Below are positions 19,700-29,224 of a stretch of 64,000 bases of DNA, piece by piece. The notes under the pieces are model-generated. The model saw only the letters and a list, made by a program, of their open reading frames with translations. It made no database searches and was not told the origin of the DNA. The DNA lies in assembly GCA_963815195.1 (NCBI GenBank), contig CAWFGE010000012.1:785220-849219 (forward strand), given 5' to 3'. The translations under genes were made by a program, and so were the position numbers. Every line of letters begins with the position of its first letter. Position 1 is the stretch's first letter. This DNA comes from an uncultured Planctomycetaceae bacterium. Lineage in GTDB: Bacteria; Planctomycetota; Planctomycetia; Planctomycetales; Planctomycetaceae.

Positions 19700-20694
19700 C
19701 TATTGTTCCGGCGGAGCGCCGGCGGGTTGGGGCTGGAGAAGTTTGAGGTACTCTTGCGTCACCTCTTTCTCGTACACGCCTTCGGGCTTCTTGAACTCAA
19801 AGTCCGCGGGCTTCACGTCGGCTTCCGTCAGCCATTCCATATCCACGAAATCAATGGTCACCATTGGACGCATCACATCCTGCTTCGCATCCTTTTTGAG
19901 GTATTGAATTCTCCGCGGAACATCGTTGCGGTCAAAATACACGCGGGCGGCGTCGGGAATGTGCGCGGGCAGGCCTTTGGCCAGTTGCGGGATCGCTTTG
20001 AACCGCGCCTGAGATCCCTCGTTCCATTGCCCCTCCAAGCGGCGCAGCGGCTCGCCGTCCACGGTTTCCGTTTCGGGGGCGGCAAACGCCATGTTGCGTT
20101 CCAGCGACGCCAACAAAGAGGCGATCCCGCCCAGGCCCAACTCGGCGATCAAGACGTCTTGCTGAATGGCGGGCGACTTCTGGACCGCCTGGAGAATTTG
20201 ACTGACGTCCTGCCGGGTGAGGCGGACCGTCTTATTCACCCGCCGTTCCGTCCAAAGCAAATCGCCGTCGCACACCTGCAGCAGTTTCCCGACCGTTCCG
20301 CCGGAATGGATTTCAAACTCCAGCCGCAATTGACGCGGCTTGCCGCGGAGGATCCGGCCCTTGGCTTCCAAAGTCCGGTCGGAAAACTGTAGCCGCTCGA
20401 CGATCTTCGCGCGGTACATCCGCCCCAGCAGCGTCTTGCGGGCCTGGTCGAACAATTCCTGGCGCTCGCCGCGTGCATCGGCGGCGGTTCATTTTGTTTC
20501 TCGCCCTCGGCCGCCGGCGGGGATGCTTCGGGTTTTTGGTCGGGCTGTTTCGACTTGGAATTCTCGCCGGAGGGGTTTTGGGATTCGTCCACCTGTGCGC
20601 CCACGGGCAACACGGTGAGGGCCACCGTTCCGGCGGTCATCACCAGCAGAATCCCGGCAAGTTGGGGGACGGAGAGCTTAGGCAGAATTTGCAT
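19700..20694 (-). CDS. Secreted hypothetical protein, frame broken near 20476-20490
   Basis: ORF 20236-20694 supplies a signal peptide (MQILPKLSVPQLAGILLVMTAGTVALTVLPVGAQ) and a low-complexity linker, then becomes nonsense. The globular part (ELFDQARKTLLGRMYRAKIVERLQF...) is ORF 19700-20455 in another frame. The junction is at ccgccgccg. Confidence 0.65.
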
Positions 20695-20970
20695 ATTACC
20701 AGGATTCTTTCATCTGGTCGGAAAGCGAGGGATTTTCCAAAGAATCAGGCGGGATTGTACCGAAGAAGTAATTGTCTGTTGCCCCATCCGCGGACACCAG
20801 AGCCAATCCGCTCATTTTAGCGGAAACAGGGGATTCCGGTCGACTGCAAAACGGGGGAAGTCGCTTGCGATTCCCACCCGATGAGGAGTGTTCAATTTGA
20901 CGGTTCGTGACGGTGCGCGTCGGACAATGTGCGTTCGGGGGGCCATCCGGGAATTTCGAGAGGGGTCGTG

Positions 20971-22179
20971 ATGAAGTACTACTTTCTGGCTTTGGGAACG
21001 ATCATCGTCGTGTGCGTGGGATGCGCCACCGACGGGGGTCAGGTTTTGGACCGAGGCAAGTACGCGGCTCCGCCGGCCGCGATGATGCAGCGTCCCGGTC
21101 CGATGGTGGACGGCCCCGGACCGGGCGTGTTGCCCTTGCCGGTTCCGCCGCCGCCGACGTACACCGCCAAGACGTCGCAAATCCGCTTCTTGAATCCCAA
21201 GGGGATGCAAGTCGGCTGGGCGGTTCCGGGCGGCTATGCGGACAACATGCTCACGGTGCCGGGCCGGTACAATTTCCGCCAAGGGGCGACCTACCGGCTG
21301 AAGCTAACCAACGTTCCGGAACGGCCGGGCCTGGTGCTCTATCCTTCGCTGCAAATCTATCCCGCCCATCCCACCACGGACGCCTATCTGTCCCACAACA
21401 GCATTCCGCTGGAACTCTTGGATGAGGATCTGGATCAGATCGAAAGCAACAATTTCGTGACGAAAGTGCTCTATCTGCCGGATCCCCGCTACCAAGACCT
21501 GGCCATCGCGGGCGTGGAAACGATTGTCTCCACCAAGCTCGATCCCGGCGTCGATCCGGTTCTGGAAGCCGACCGCCGCGGCACGATTATGGCCGTGCTT
21601 CGCGTGGGGAACATGGACTTTGAAACGCCGAGTGCCGGCCCGCTGGGCGTGTTAGGGGCTCCGCCGGTTCCGGGAGCCATGCCGATTCCCGGCCAGCCGC
21701 CAGTCAACGGGGCCGACGGCAACATTCAACAAATGCAATACCAGGCCCCCGACGGTGCGGAACGCCAATTCGTCCCGCCGATGCCCATCTCCACCATGGG
21801 CGGTGGTTCGGGAATGCTGGGCGTGCCCAACCCGATGATCGCCGGCGGCCAGACGCCTCCGGGATTGCCGCCCATGCACCCGGTCGCCGGGATGGGCACG
21901 ATCCCCCCGTGGGGCATGACCTACACCGGCACGCCCATCGGCCTGCCGGGACCGGCTCATCTGCCCTTGGGCGGTCCCGCCGGCTTGCAATCGCACACGG
22001 TTCGCAACAACACCGACGTGGACGTCGGCAAGCCCGTCGATCACATGTTGATCGACGTGAGGCATCGGCCTGGCTATCGCCTGCCCCCTCCGGTTCGCCA
22101 CGTGGAATACGAAGAAACGCATCCGCAATATCTGGACGGCGAACTCGGCTGGCCGCGCTGGCAGCCGCCCCGCCAGTAA
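20971..22179 (+). CDS. Lipoprotein with an uncharacterised N-domain and a Pro/Gly-rich tail (paralog of 22454-23261)
   Basis: [18 protein letters not shown] is a lipobox. The domain [14 protein letters not shown]...[24 protein letters not shown]...[10 protein letters not shown]...[13 protein letters not shown] resembles the next gene. Confidence 0.75.
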   Translation: MKYYFLALGTIIVVCVGCATDGGQVLDRGKYAAPPAAMMQRPGPMVDGPGPGVLPLPVPPPPTYTAKTSQIRFLNPKGMQVGWAVPGGYADNMLTVPGRYNFRQGATYRLKLTNVPERPGLVLYPSLQIYPAHPTTDAYLSHNSIPLELLDEDLDQIESNNFVTKVLYLPDPRYQDLAIAGVETIVSTKLDPGVDPVLEADRRGTIMAVLRVGNMDFETPSAGPLGVLGAPPVPGAMPIPGQPPVNGADGNIQQMQYQAPDGAERQFVPPMPISTMGGGSGMLGVPNPMIAGGQTPPGLPPMHPVAGMGTIPPWGMTYTGTPIGLPGPAHLPLGGPAGLQSHTVRNNTDVDVGKPVDHMLIDVRHRPGYRLPPPVRHVEYEETHPQYLDGELGWPRWQPPRQ

Positions 22180-22257
22180 TCGGTCCCTCGTCAACGACTG
22201 GATAATTCTCCAAGCCGACGCCTGATTTGATTCAATCGTCAAAAGGGGCTTGGGATT

Positions 22258-22346
22258 GGCGAAACAATAACTGTCGAATGTTCCCTCTCCCCTTGGGGGA
22301 GAGGGCAGGGTGAGGGGACGGCAAATAGGGCAGTTATTGTTTCGCC
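22258..22346. repeat. Nested palindrome: 16-bp outer inverted repeat enclosing a CCCTCTCCCC/GGGGAGAGGG hairpin
   Basis: ggcgaaacaataactg (22258-22273) pairs with cagttattgtttcgcc (22331-22346). The inner hairpin is ccctctcccc ttg ggggagaggg (22283-22305), followed by cagggtgagggg. A related motif lies at 31089-31120. Confidence 0.75.
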
Positions 22347-22453
22347 GATCCTTGGCTTGGAGAATGTGTTTTTGCGAATCGATGCTCGATCGCTGCGATT
22401 TGAAGCCGGAACCGACCGGCCCGTCCGATGCCCCGTCGTCGAGGAGTGAGCCC

Positions 22454-23261
22454 ATGATCTTGCCGTTCCGCTCAGCCCCCGGCTTTTCTCGCGGCCTTTT
22501 CCGATCGGCTGTGTGGACGGGGCTGGTGCTGAGCATCGTCGTTGGGAAAAGCGGTTCGGTGGCTATGGCCCAGCCGTTTTATCAGCCGCTCAATCAGAAC
22601 ATGCCCACGGGCGTGGCCGCGTATTGGGCGGGCGCCTTGGGAAAAGCGACGCCGCCCTATTTCCAGCCGGTGCGCGTCAATTTGCCGACGGAGGGCCAAG
22701 TCACGGTTTACCACGGCCCCGCGCGGACGCCTTACGAAATCGACGCCCGCCGGCCGTTTGCATTTCTCGTGGGACACACCTACCGGTTCCGCATCGCGGG
22801 CATGCCGGAATATCCGGGCCTCGAGTTATATCCTTCCGTGGAAATCCTCGACCGCTTGCATCCGCCGCCGGGACAGGAACTGAAGTTTCCTATCCCGCTC
22901 GAGTTGACGGAGCGGGAAATCGCAACGGCCCTCGAAGGCCGGCTGGTGACGAAAGTCGTGTTTCTCGAACAGCCCCAACTCGCCCCGCCTGCCGAACATG
23001 AAGGTTCGATGCCCACGACGGAGTTCTTGAGTTCGGTGAATATCCTCGCCGAAGCCGACCGCGCCGGACGGCCGATGGCGATTTTGCGGTTGGGCAGCCG
23101 CGTGCCTGGGGCGGGCGAAAACGATCCCGGATTCTACGGCGGCGGCAGCCCCGGTTTTCATTCCGCCGGCTCCCGCCAATCCGCCGAACCCGGCCGTCCC
23201 GCCGGCGAAAGTGAAAACAGAACAAGCACCGCCCACAAAGTCGGGTCTTTTGTCTCCGTAG
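22454..23261 (+). CDS. Secreted protein paralogous to 20971-22179, frame probably broken at the CCCC run 23149-23152
   Basis: ATG at 22454 gives the signal peptide (MILPFRSAPGFSRGLFRSAVWTGLVLSIVVGKSGSVAMA). The domain FQPVRVNLPTEGQV...YRFRIAGMPEYPGLELYPSVEIL...VTKVVFLEQP...RAGRPMAILRLGS matches the upstream gene. After GGGS the alternative frame reads PVFIPPAPANPPNPAVPPAKVKTEQAPPTKSGLLSP and stops at TAG 23259. Confidence 0.6.
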
Positions 23262-23278
23262 GAAATTTCCAGCCAATC

Positions 23279-24631
23279 ATGATGTTCTCTCGTTTCCAAC
23301 CGATCTTCAAACGCCCGCTGGGTCTTTTGTGCCTGGGACTTCTCTCCGCGGGATTGGCGTCTTGCGCCAATATGAAAGAGGGGCTGGTGCAAGATCCGTT
23401 TCTGTCGGCCGGGCCCGACGAATGGGCGGACGCGGGAAAAACGGGCGAAGAGAAATCCGACCAGGGATCGGCCAAAAGCATCGCGGGGATTCCCCTGCCG
23501 GTGAACTCTCCGGAAGGTCCGGTCCTGGCGAACCACAATCAGGTTCGCCAGGTGCAGCAATTGGTCCCCGCCGACGAAGCTCCCGCGGAGACCGTGATTT
23601 CCGCACCGTGTCCGCCGGGTTTGGTCGTCTTTCCCGGCCAATGCCCGCCGGCCGTCATAGGCGTTTGCCCGCCGGTTGTGCCGGGCTGGATCGGCGGAGC
23701 GGCGATTCCTCCCAACCCGAAACTTTTTCCCGATGAATATCTCTGCGACGGCGGCGACCGCGGCTATCCCGTCAGGTACGACGTCGAAACGCGGCTCGGC
23801 CTCGAAACCGAAGACACCGTCGCGGAATACACCGACCACACGGGAAGCCTGCACGTCAAACCCACGAACAAAGTCTGCGTCTACGCCCCGCGGTTCGGAG
23901 CCATGCGGAGCATCGGCTCGCCGATCCTGGAAACCGCCGTCCACAAGGTCGCCAGCGCCGACAAATTCACCGGCGGAGCGGGCATGCGAAACCAGATCGT
24001 CACCGCCCGACACCGGCAAAACATCGCCCCCGGCAAATACCGCACGCGCGAACGGGCCAGCGACATCGATGTGGGCCTCCGCTCGTCCGCCGTGGCTCAA
24101 GGCCAAACCGTCGTCAGCCACACCAAGCTCGTCAACACCTTCGAGGATTTCCAGTTCGTCCGCAGCGGATTGCTGGCTCAAACCGAGGAAGTTCGGCTGG
24201 CCAAGGGCATCCAAGCGGCCGCGGCCTGGAGCCGGTCCCAGTTCCCCGTCATCGCCGCCCAGACCGAGCAGGCCCAGGAAGTCCTCAGCGAATTTCGCGC
24301 TCAAGCGGTCGTGGGCCGGGAAAGCAAACAAAAGCCGGGCCGATTGCGGATCGTCAAAATGGCCGACAAGGACGTGGCCCAGCCCGGCGAGACGATCACG
24401 TTTACGATCCGCTACGACAACCTGGGCGAGTTGCCGCTGTATAAGATTCGCATCATCGACAACCTGACGCCTCGGCTCGGCTATGTCGAGGACAGCGAAA
24501 CCTCCGACCGGGCCGGGCGGTTGCTCATCCAAGACAACGAGGAAGGCAGCGTGATTCTCGAGTTTGAGCTGGACGAACCCCTGCCCGGCGGAAAAGGCGG
24601 CGTGGTCACATTCCAAGCCAAAGTGCGATAA
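23279..24631 (+). CDS. Lipoprotein with a C-terminal DUF11 (conserved repeat) domain
   Basis: Inside the 773-aa ORF there is a canonical lipoprotein signal, MMFSRFQPIFKRPLGLLCLGLLSAGLASC, starting at ATG 23279. The C-terminus LRIVKMADKDVAQPGETITFTIRYDNLGELPLYKIRIIDNLTPRLGYV...GGVVTFQAKV is DUF11-like. Confidence 0.65.
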   Translation: MMFSRFQPIFKRPLGLLCLGLLSAGLASCANMKEGLVQDPFLSAGPDEWADAGKTGEEKSDQGSAKSIAGIPLPVNSPEGPVLANHNQVRQVQQLVPADEAPAETVISAPCPPGLVVFPGQCPPAVIGVCPPVVPGWIGGAAIPPNPKLFPDEYLCDGGDRGYPVRYDVETRLGLETEDTVAEYTDHTGSLHVKPTNKVCVYAPRFGAMRSIGSPILETAVHKVASADKFTGGAGMRNQIVTARHRQNIAPGKYRTRERASDIDVGLRSSAVAQGQTVVSHTKLVNTFEDFQFVRSGLLAQTEEVRLAKGIQAAAAWSRSQFPVIAAQTEQAQEVLSEFRAQAVVGRESKQKPGRLRIVKMADKDVAQPGETITFTIRYDNLGELPLYKIRIIDNLTPRLGYVEDSETSDRAGRLLIQDNEEGSVILEFELDEPLPGGKGGVVTFQAKVR

Positions 24632-24667
24632 CGACAACGTGCGATGTCTGGATTCCCGCGAATCCGA

Positions 24668-24704
24668 CCCGCCGCGCTGGATTCAGCGCGGCGGGTTGTT
24701 TCTT
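24668..24704 (+). terminator. Rho-independent terminator after the DUF11 lipoprotein gene
   Basis: cccgccgcgc / tggattca / gcgcggcggg followed by ttgtttctt. Confidence 0.7.
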
Positions 24705-25021
24705 GCCAGATACGGCAGCCACAACTCCTTTCGACGCGGAATCGTCTCCACGAATTTGCCCCATTCCGAACGGTCGGGCAGTCAATGAAATTGGCCATTT
24801 CCTGATCGCGGCTGGTCCAATGATTTCTTAAGACCGGTTTCGACGACCCAGTAATTCGCAAAAATTTGGCGATTTTGGCAGGCTGATTGCTCGCCAATCC
24901 GTTATCTGTTTAGAGAGAAGATAACATTTGGCCAGAGTTTTCCCTGGTCAATGCAGGGCGGATTTGTATAAAATGTTTGATCCTATACCCTAATAGAGAC
25001 GTTTTCACGGGAGGATCAAAC

Positions 25022-25504
25022 ATGCCGACGTTGGTGAATCCGCCGACGAGTTACGTGGACCTTTGGGGGATCTGGGAACAGCAGATTGAGGGTGAATCGA
25101 AAGAATACTGGGACATCCATTCAGACGAACACCTTCCCATAAGTCATCACCACATTGCTATTCGTGCGTATTACCTATACATCGAGCGCGGACGTGGAAC
25201 TCATGGCTTCGACCAGCAAGATTGGTGCGCGGCTAAAAGGGAGTTGCAAGGTGAGTTTAGGGCGTGTATCGCCTGGAACTTTGAGGACGCAGATGCCTCA
25301 ATCGCGGACAATGTTTCAGAATCCCAGTTTGACCCGTCGATGATGAATGAATCAGATGGTGATGATGGGTTTCGAATGGCTTCAAATCGAGCAGGTTGTT
25401 TCGAGAGCGACCATTATATGAGCGCTTTCGAAAGCGATGGGGAAATCGAGAAAGTTAGGAAAAATGGCTGGACGAGCGAAAATAAAGACAATATGCGAGG
25501 CTGA
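25022..25504 (+). CDS. DUF2934 domain protein with an acidic tail
   Basis: HHHIAIRAYYLYIERGRGTHGFDQQDWCAAKREL matches the DUF2934 signature. ATG at 25022. Lies in an A/T-richer islet. Confidence 0.65.
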   Translation: MPTLVNPPTSYVDLWGIWEQQIEGESKEYWDIHSDEHLPISHHHIAIRAYYLYIERGRGTHGFDQQDWCAAKRELQGEFRACIAWNFEDADASIADNVSESQFDPSMMNESDGDDGFRMASNRAGCFESDHYMSAFESDGEIEKVRKNGWTSENKDNMRG

Positions 25505-25520
25505 TTCCCACATTGAGTCA

Positions 25521-25781
25521 ATGCGTAATCACTGTGGGGATGGCGGCACCGCCTTTAGGCGACTTTCGCAGGATGAGCGCAACAAATATCGAGGAAAGGT
25601 TTTGGCGATCCTGATCGAGTCGGGCCGGATTATCGGTTATGCGGACACGCCCGAAGAACTTCAAAATAAAATTCGGGAATCTAAGTATCACGGCGAAAAC
25701 TGGCGGCTCGTGGATGGCCCCACAGGCGATGAGCCGATGACCGTTGACGAGTTGAAATCTTCCTTGGGTCACGGCGATTGA
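25521..25781 (+). CDS. Small hypothetical protein
   Basis: 86-aa ORF from ATG 25521 (MRNHCGDGGTAFRRLSQDERNKYRGKVLAILIESGRIIGYADTPEEL...). The start is uncertain (alternatives at 25437 and 25464). Confidence 0.45.
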   Translation: MRNHCGDGGTAFRRLSQDERNKYRGKVLAILIESGRIIGYADTPEELQNKIRESKYHGENWRLVDGPTGDEPMTVDELKSSLGHGD

Positions 25782-25823
25782 GCGAAGGTCTCACAGGTCG
25801 GTGAACTTTGACAGGGCCGTCTC

Positions 25824-26222
25824 ATGCCGCACTTCTATGCCCCGTTCACAGCGTCCTGCAACGTAGTGGGCGACATCTTTCTCTTGGATATTCTGCCGCC
25901 TGAGTCGCGGGGCGCGGTCGATTACACGTTGGGAGCCAACGTGGTGCTGGATTTGCCGGAAACGTTGATCGCGCCCGAGTTGGCCCAGGAATTTGGTGCC
26001 GATTCCGTCGGCGAAGAGATCTCGGTGGTACTTCACCAGCGAAGTTTCAAAACCCTCAACATCCATGAGTTTGATCCGATTCCCGTCAGAATTCGATTCG
26101 CACCGCCCCGTCTCGGTCCCAACTACATTCAGATCGGCTTGGACGACCTGCAGAAGTATTTTGAGATCTCTCACTTCGAAACCCACATCAGCGAATCCTT
26201 CACCACCCTTTCTATTCTTTGA
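25824..26222 (+). CDS. Hypothetical protein
   Basis: 132-aa ORF. Third codon positions are predominantly G/C on this strand, whereas the overlapping minus-strand ORF (25791-26186) is Arg-rich like an antisense shadow. Confidence 0.45.
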   Translation: MPHFYAPFTASCNVVGDIFLLDILPPESRGAVDYTLGANVVLDLPETLIAPELAQEFGADSVGEEISVVLHQRSFKTLNIHEFDPIPVRIRFAPPRLGPNYIQIGLDDLQKYFEISHFETHISESFTTLSIL

Positions 26223-26357
26223 ACCTCATCCGGAATACGCCGATCGTTGCCGCGAACTGACGACGAGCAGAACCTCGTGACTCGGCGGCTCTAGGTAAGG
26301 GATTCGGTGTCCGTCGAAACGAGTTCGAGACGTTTTACCGTAACCAAAGGACCAAGG

Positions 26358-27095
26358 ATGGCCGGTTACCGAGAGCATATCAGCGTCAGCGGCATGTGCG
26401 GCGTGGCTTATGGAGCCACCGCGGCGACGCTGCTCGGGTTTACGCCGGTGCAGGGCGCACTCGCCGGCTGCCTGACCTGGGTCGCGGGAATGCTCCCCGA
26501 CCTCGACGCCGACGGCGGCAAACCCGTTCGCGAGATTTTCAGCCTGCTGGGGGCCGTCGTTCCGCTCGTCGCAATTCGGCATTTGATGCGCTGGTGCGGC
26601 AGCGTGGACGGCGTGATCCTCGCCGCCATCGTCGTGTATGCCTTGACCCGCTACGGCGGAGCGGAACTCTTAAAACGGCTCTCCGTCCACCGCGGCATGT
26701 TTCACAGCATCCCCGCGCTGTTCATCTCCGCGGAGCTTGTGTTTCTCGCCTACGTCAGCGAATCCATCCCCGTCAAATGCCTGATGGCGGGCGGCGTGGC
26801 GATCGGCTTTCTCTCGCACCTGCTGCTCGATGAGCTCTACAGCGTGCAGTGGTCCGGCCTCAAATTGAAGCTCGCCAAGTCCGCCGGCAGCGCGTTCAAG
26901 CTCACCAGCTCGCGGCTGATCCCCAACGTGTTTTCCTACGCCTTGCTGATGTTTTTGACCTGGCTCACGCTGATCGATGTGGGTCTCGTCCGCGATCCCA
27001 GCCAGCCGAGCCATCCGCCCACCGCCACGCCGACGGCGCCCGGCAACGTTCAACCCATCCGCCACGCCCTCGAAGATTGGCCCGAACGCCATTGA
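26358..27095 (+). CDS. Membrane-bound metal-dependent hydrolase, YdjM/DUF457 family
   Basis: [12 protein letters not shown]..., multiple TM helices, [10 protein letters not shown] and [11 protein letters not shown] motifs. Confidence 0.7.
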   Translation: MAGYREHISVSGMCGVAYGATAATLLGFTPVQGALAGCLTWVAGMLPDLDADGGKPVREIFSLLGAVVPLVAIRHLMRWCGSVDGVILAAIVVYALTRYGGAELLKRLSVHRGMFHSIPALFISAELVFLAYVSESIPVKCLMAGGVAIGFLSHLLLDELYSVQWSGLKLKLAKSAGSAFKLTSSRLIPNVFSYALLMFLTWLTLIDVGLVRDPSQPSHPPTATPTAPGNVQPIRHALEDWPERH

Positions 27096-27113
27096 GGCCC
27101 GGAAAAGAAACAG

Positions 27114-27255
27114 GAGCCGCGCACGAAGTAAGCGGAAGCCGGAAGAAACAGGAGCCGCGCACGAAGTAAGCGGAAGCCGGAAGAAAGAGGAGCCGCGCAC
27201 GAAGTAAGCGGAAGCCGCGTAAACAACTTCCAACCGCTTACTTCGTGCGCGGCTC
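27114..27255. repeat. Repeat family 2 array: three direct 38-bp units plus one inverted 22-mer
   Basis: gagccgcgcacgaagtaagcgg occurs at 27114, 27152 and 27190 (38-bp period with near-identical spacers). ccgcttacttcgtgcgcggctc lies at 27234-27255. The array sits between convergent genes. Confidence 0.9.
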
Positions 27256-27268
27256 TTTGGTCTCGGCC

Positions 27269-28354
27269 TCAATAAAACGGCGGCGGTTCGAGATCGGCTT
27301 GATTCGCGGTTTGCGTGTAATGGGCTCGCCCCGCGGGCTGCCAGCCCGGGTCGGGGGAGGCTTCGGCAAACGGCGGCGCCTCCAAATACGTCCGGCTTTC
27401 GGTCGTCCGTTCGCCCGCGGGCGGTTGCGGGACAATCGTCCGCACATTGTTCAAACGCTCGCCCATATCGAACCGCGGCGATTCGCGAATGACGGGCAAC
27501 TGCCAGGTCTGTTCCGGCAAGTCGGACGGATTGATCTCGATGTTGGACAACTCCATCGTCATCGCCATCTCATGCTGCGGCCAGTCCAGCTCGATCACGT
27601 GCGGCATCACAATGCCCGACGGTTCCCGGCGATGCCGCCGCAGCCGCGCTTCCGCCAGCTTTTGCCCGTTCGCATCAAACAAGCGATGGGCCAGAATCAC
27701 ACCCAAACGAGTGTCCACGACAATCTCCCGCCGCACCGCCTGCTTCGAGGGAGAAACCTCTTCCGAGATGAGCAGCACCGTATTCGGCTCCGCTCCCTGT
27801 TGTTGCACAAAAATCGAATTGGGATCCAAAGGCACGACGCCCAAGGCTTCCATAATCCAGGCGGGATGAAACGGAATCTCCAGCCGCTTGCCGACCGCGG
27901 CCATGTCCTCATGCCGGGCCGTAAACACATACGAAGGCTTGTTCCGCCGCATCCAGAACCAGAACCGTTCGTTGTTGGAGCCGAAATCGGCCTCGTCCCC
28001 AAACGGCGAACGCGCCCGCAGGCGGAAGTTCTTCTCCCGCTCGACCGCGACTTGTGCGGAGAGCGTCAACTTCATCGGCAGATATTTCGACGGCCGGGTG
28101 GAGATGCTGGCGTCGGTGCAGCTCCACGAATGCAGATCGCGGATGTTCTGATTGAGGTGCTCGATCAAGGCCTGCTGGGACAGCGGCTGCTCGATCGGCT
28201 TGATGCCGGTTTCGGGCGCAAAGAACTTGTCGAACACACAGCCCGGCAAGCAGACGCTCGCCAGACACAAAACCAGCAGGTTCACGGGCGTTCGCAATGG
28301 TCGCCGCGAAAACGAAAGAGTGCCCAGAGCGGGGTCCATCCCATTCTCCTGCAA
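27269..28354 (-). CDS. Lipoprotein, function unknown
   Basis: The N-terminus contains NLLVLCLASVCLPGC (lipobox). 361 aa, GC3-rich. Confidence 0.65.
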   Translation of the reverse strand: MQENGMDPALGTLSFSRRPLRTPVNLLVLCLASVCLPGCVFDKFFAPETGIKPIEQPLSQQALIEHLNQNIRDLHSWSCTDASISTRPSKYLPMKLTLSAQVAVEREKNFRLRARSPFGDEADFGSNNERFWFWMRRNKPSYVFTARHEDMAAVGKRLEIPFHPAWIMEALGVVPLDPNSIFVQQQGAEPNTVLLISEEVSPSKQAVRREIVVDTRLGVILAHRLFDANGQKLAEARLRRHRREPSGIVMPHVIELDWPQHEMAMTMELSNIEINPSDLPEQTWQLPVIRESPRFDMGERLNNVRTIVPQPPAGERTTESRTYLEAPPFAEASPDPGWQPAGRAHYTQTANQADLEPPPFY

Positions 28355-28433
28355 GGGGGCCGGAAATCATTCCCGCCGAAAAATCGATCCTTGATTTATC
28401 CATTGCGCCACGGCCGTCGTGGCCCGATTTCGG

Positions 28434-28926
28434 TTATTCCTCATCCAGGGCGGACAAGTGGGCGTTCAAATCACTTTGGAGCTGCTGGATTTCGTCAGGC
28501 GTCAAATGTTGGTCTCGGACCTCGAACGGTCCTTCGGATCGGCTGCCGATCAGTTGCAGATATTCAATCTCCCCGTCTTGCCGGGATCCTTCCAACTGCA
28601 AGCGGCGTTTTTGCAAGAGCAACAGCGCCACCACGTAGCGGAATTTTTGCTGCATCGGGTTTTGATCTTCCGCCGTGTCCTCGAAGTACCGGAACAAGAC
28701 TTCGGGATCGAGCGGCTTCGGGCCGGACTCCACGGGTTGGGGCATGAGGCATTTCCAATGCGCCAACATGCCTTCGGGCGGGCCCGTCCAGCCTTCCTCG
28801 GAAAAATCCAAGCGGATTCTGTTCGTGCCCTCGGTCCACCAACACCGAATGCACTGGGGTGCCGGGGACCAAAGGCTCGCCCGTCGCCGCACAGGTTTTT
28901 CCCACAGGCTTGATTCGATAACTCAT
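28434..28926 (-). CDS. Conserved-looking hypothetical protein, frame broken near 28825-28840
   Basis: ATG at 28926 gives MSYRIKPVGKTCAATGEPLVPGTPVHSVLVD. The continuation EGTNRIRLDFSEEGWTGPPEGMLAHWKC...LLLLQKRRLQLEG... is ORF 28434-28892 in another frame. Confidence 0.55.
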
Positions 28927-29156
28927 TCGCCGACCACAACGAGAAAACGCATCCATCTTTACAGGCGAAAGGGTGAGGGATCGTAATGGAACATCGGCCC
29001 TCCAACAAGGCCAGTATTTCTTTCCACGAATTCCCGATTTCACAGAAATTCCGCAATTCCTACTCGAACCGCGCGGGGACTTTGGAAATTGATTCGTCCG
29101 ATTCAATGAACTCCGAGATGATTTCGCAAATTTATGCCGCATAAGTATCTGGATTG

Positions 29157-29185
29157 TTGACATCTCCCGCGCGGGTGGGTATTTT
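29157..29185 (+). promoter_or_regulatory. Sigma-70-like promoter candidate upstream of 29225
   Basis: TTGACA (29157-29162), a 17-nt spacer, then TATTTT (29180-29185), about 40 nt upstream of the ATG, in an A/T-rich divergent intergenic region. Planctomycete promoter consensus is poorly defined. Confidence 0.3.
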
Positions 29186-29224
29186 CCCTTCCCGAGACGA
29201 TTCGCTTTTGCATTCGCCGGCGTC

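Noticed and set aside
24481-24897. 138-aa minus-strand ORF spanning the end of the DUF11 gene and its terminator.
   Set aside because: It overlaps the well-supported DUF11 C-terminus and a Rho-independent terminator, has no family resemblance, and has odd composition.
25791-26186. Minus-strand 131-aa ORF overlapping the 25824-26222 plus-strand ORF.
   Set aside because: It has Arg-rich, antisense-like composition, whereas the plus-strand frame has G/C-biased third positions. Neither ORF has a recognisable family, so the choice remains low-confidence.
27114-27255. Possible small CRISPR array (22-nt repeats at a regular 38-bp period).
   Set aside because: The spacers between the repeats are nearly identical to each other, so this is a plain tandem duplication. 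The fourth copy is inverted, no cas genes are nearby, and the same 22-mer forms simple hairpins at two other loci.
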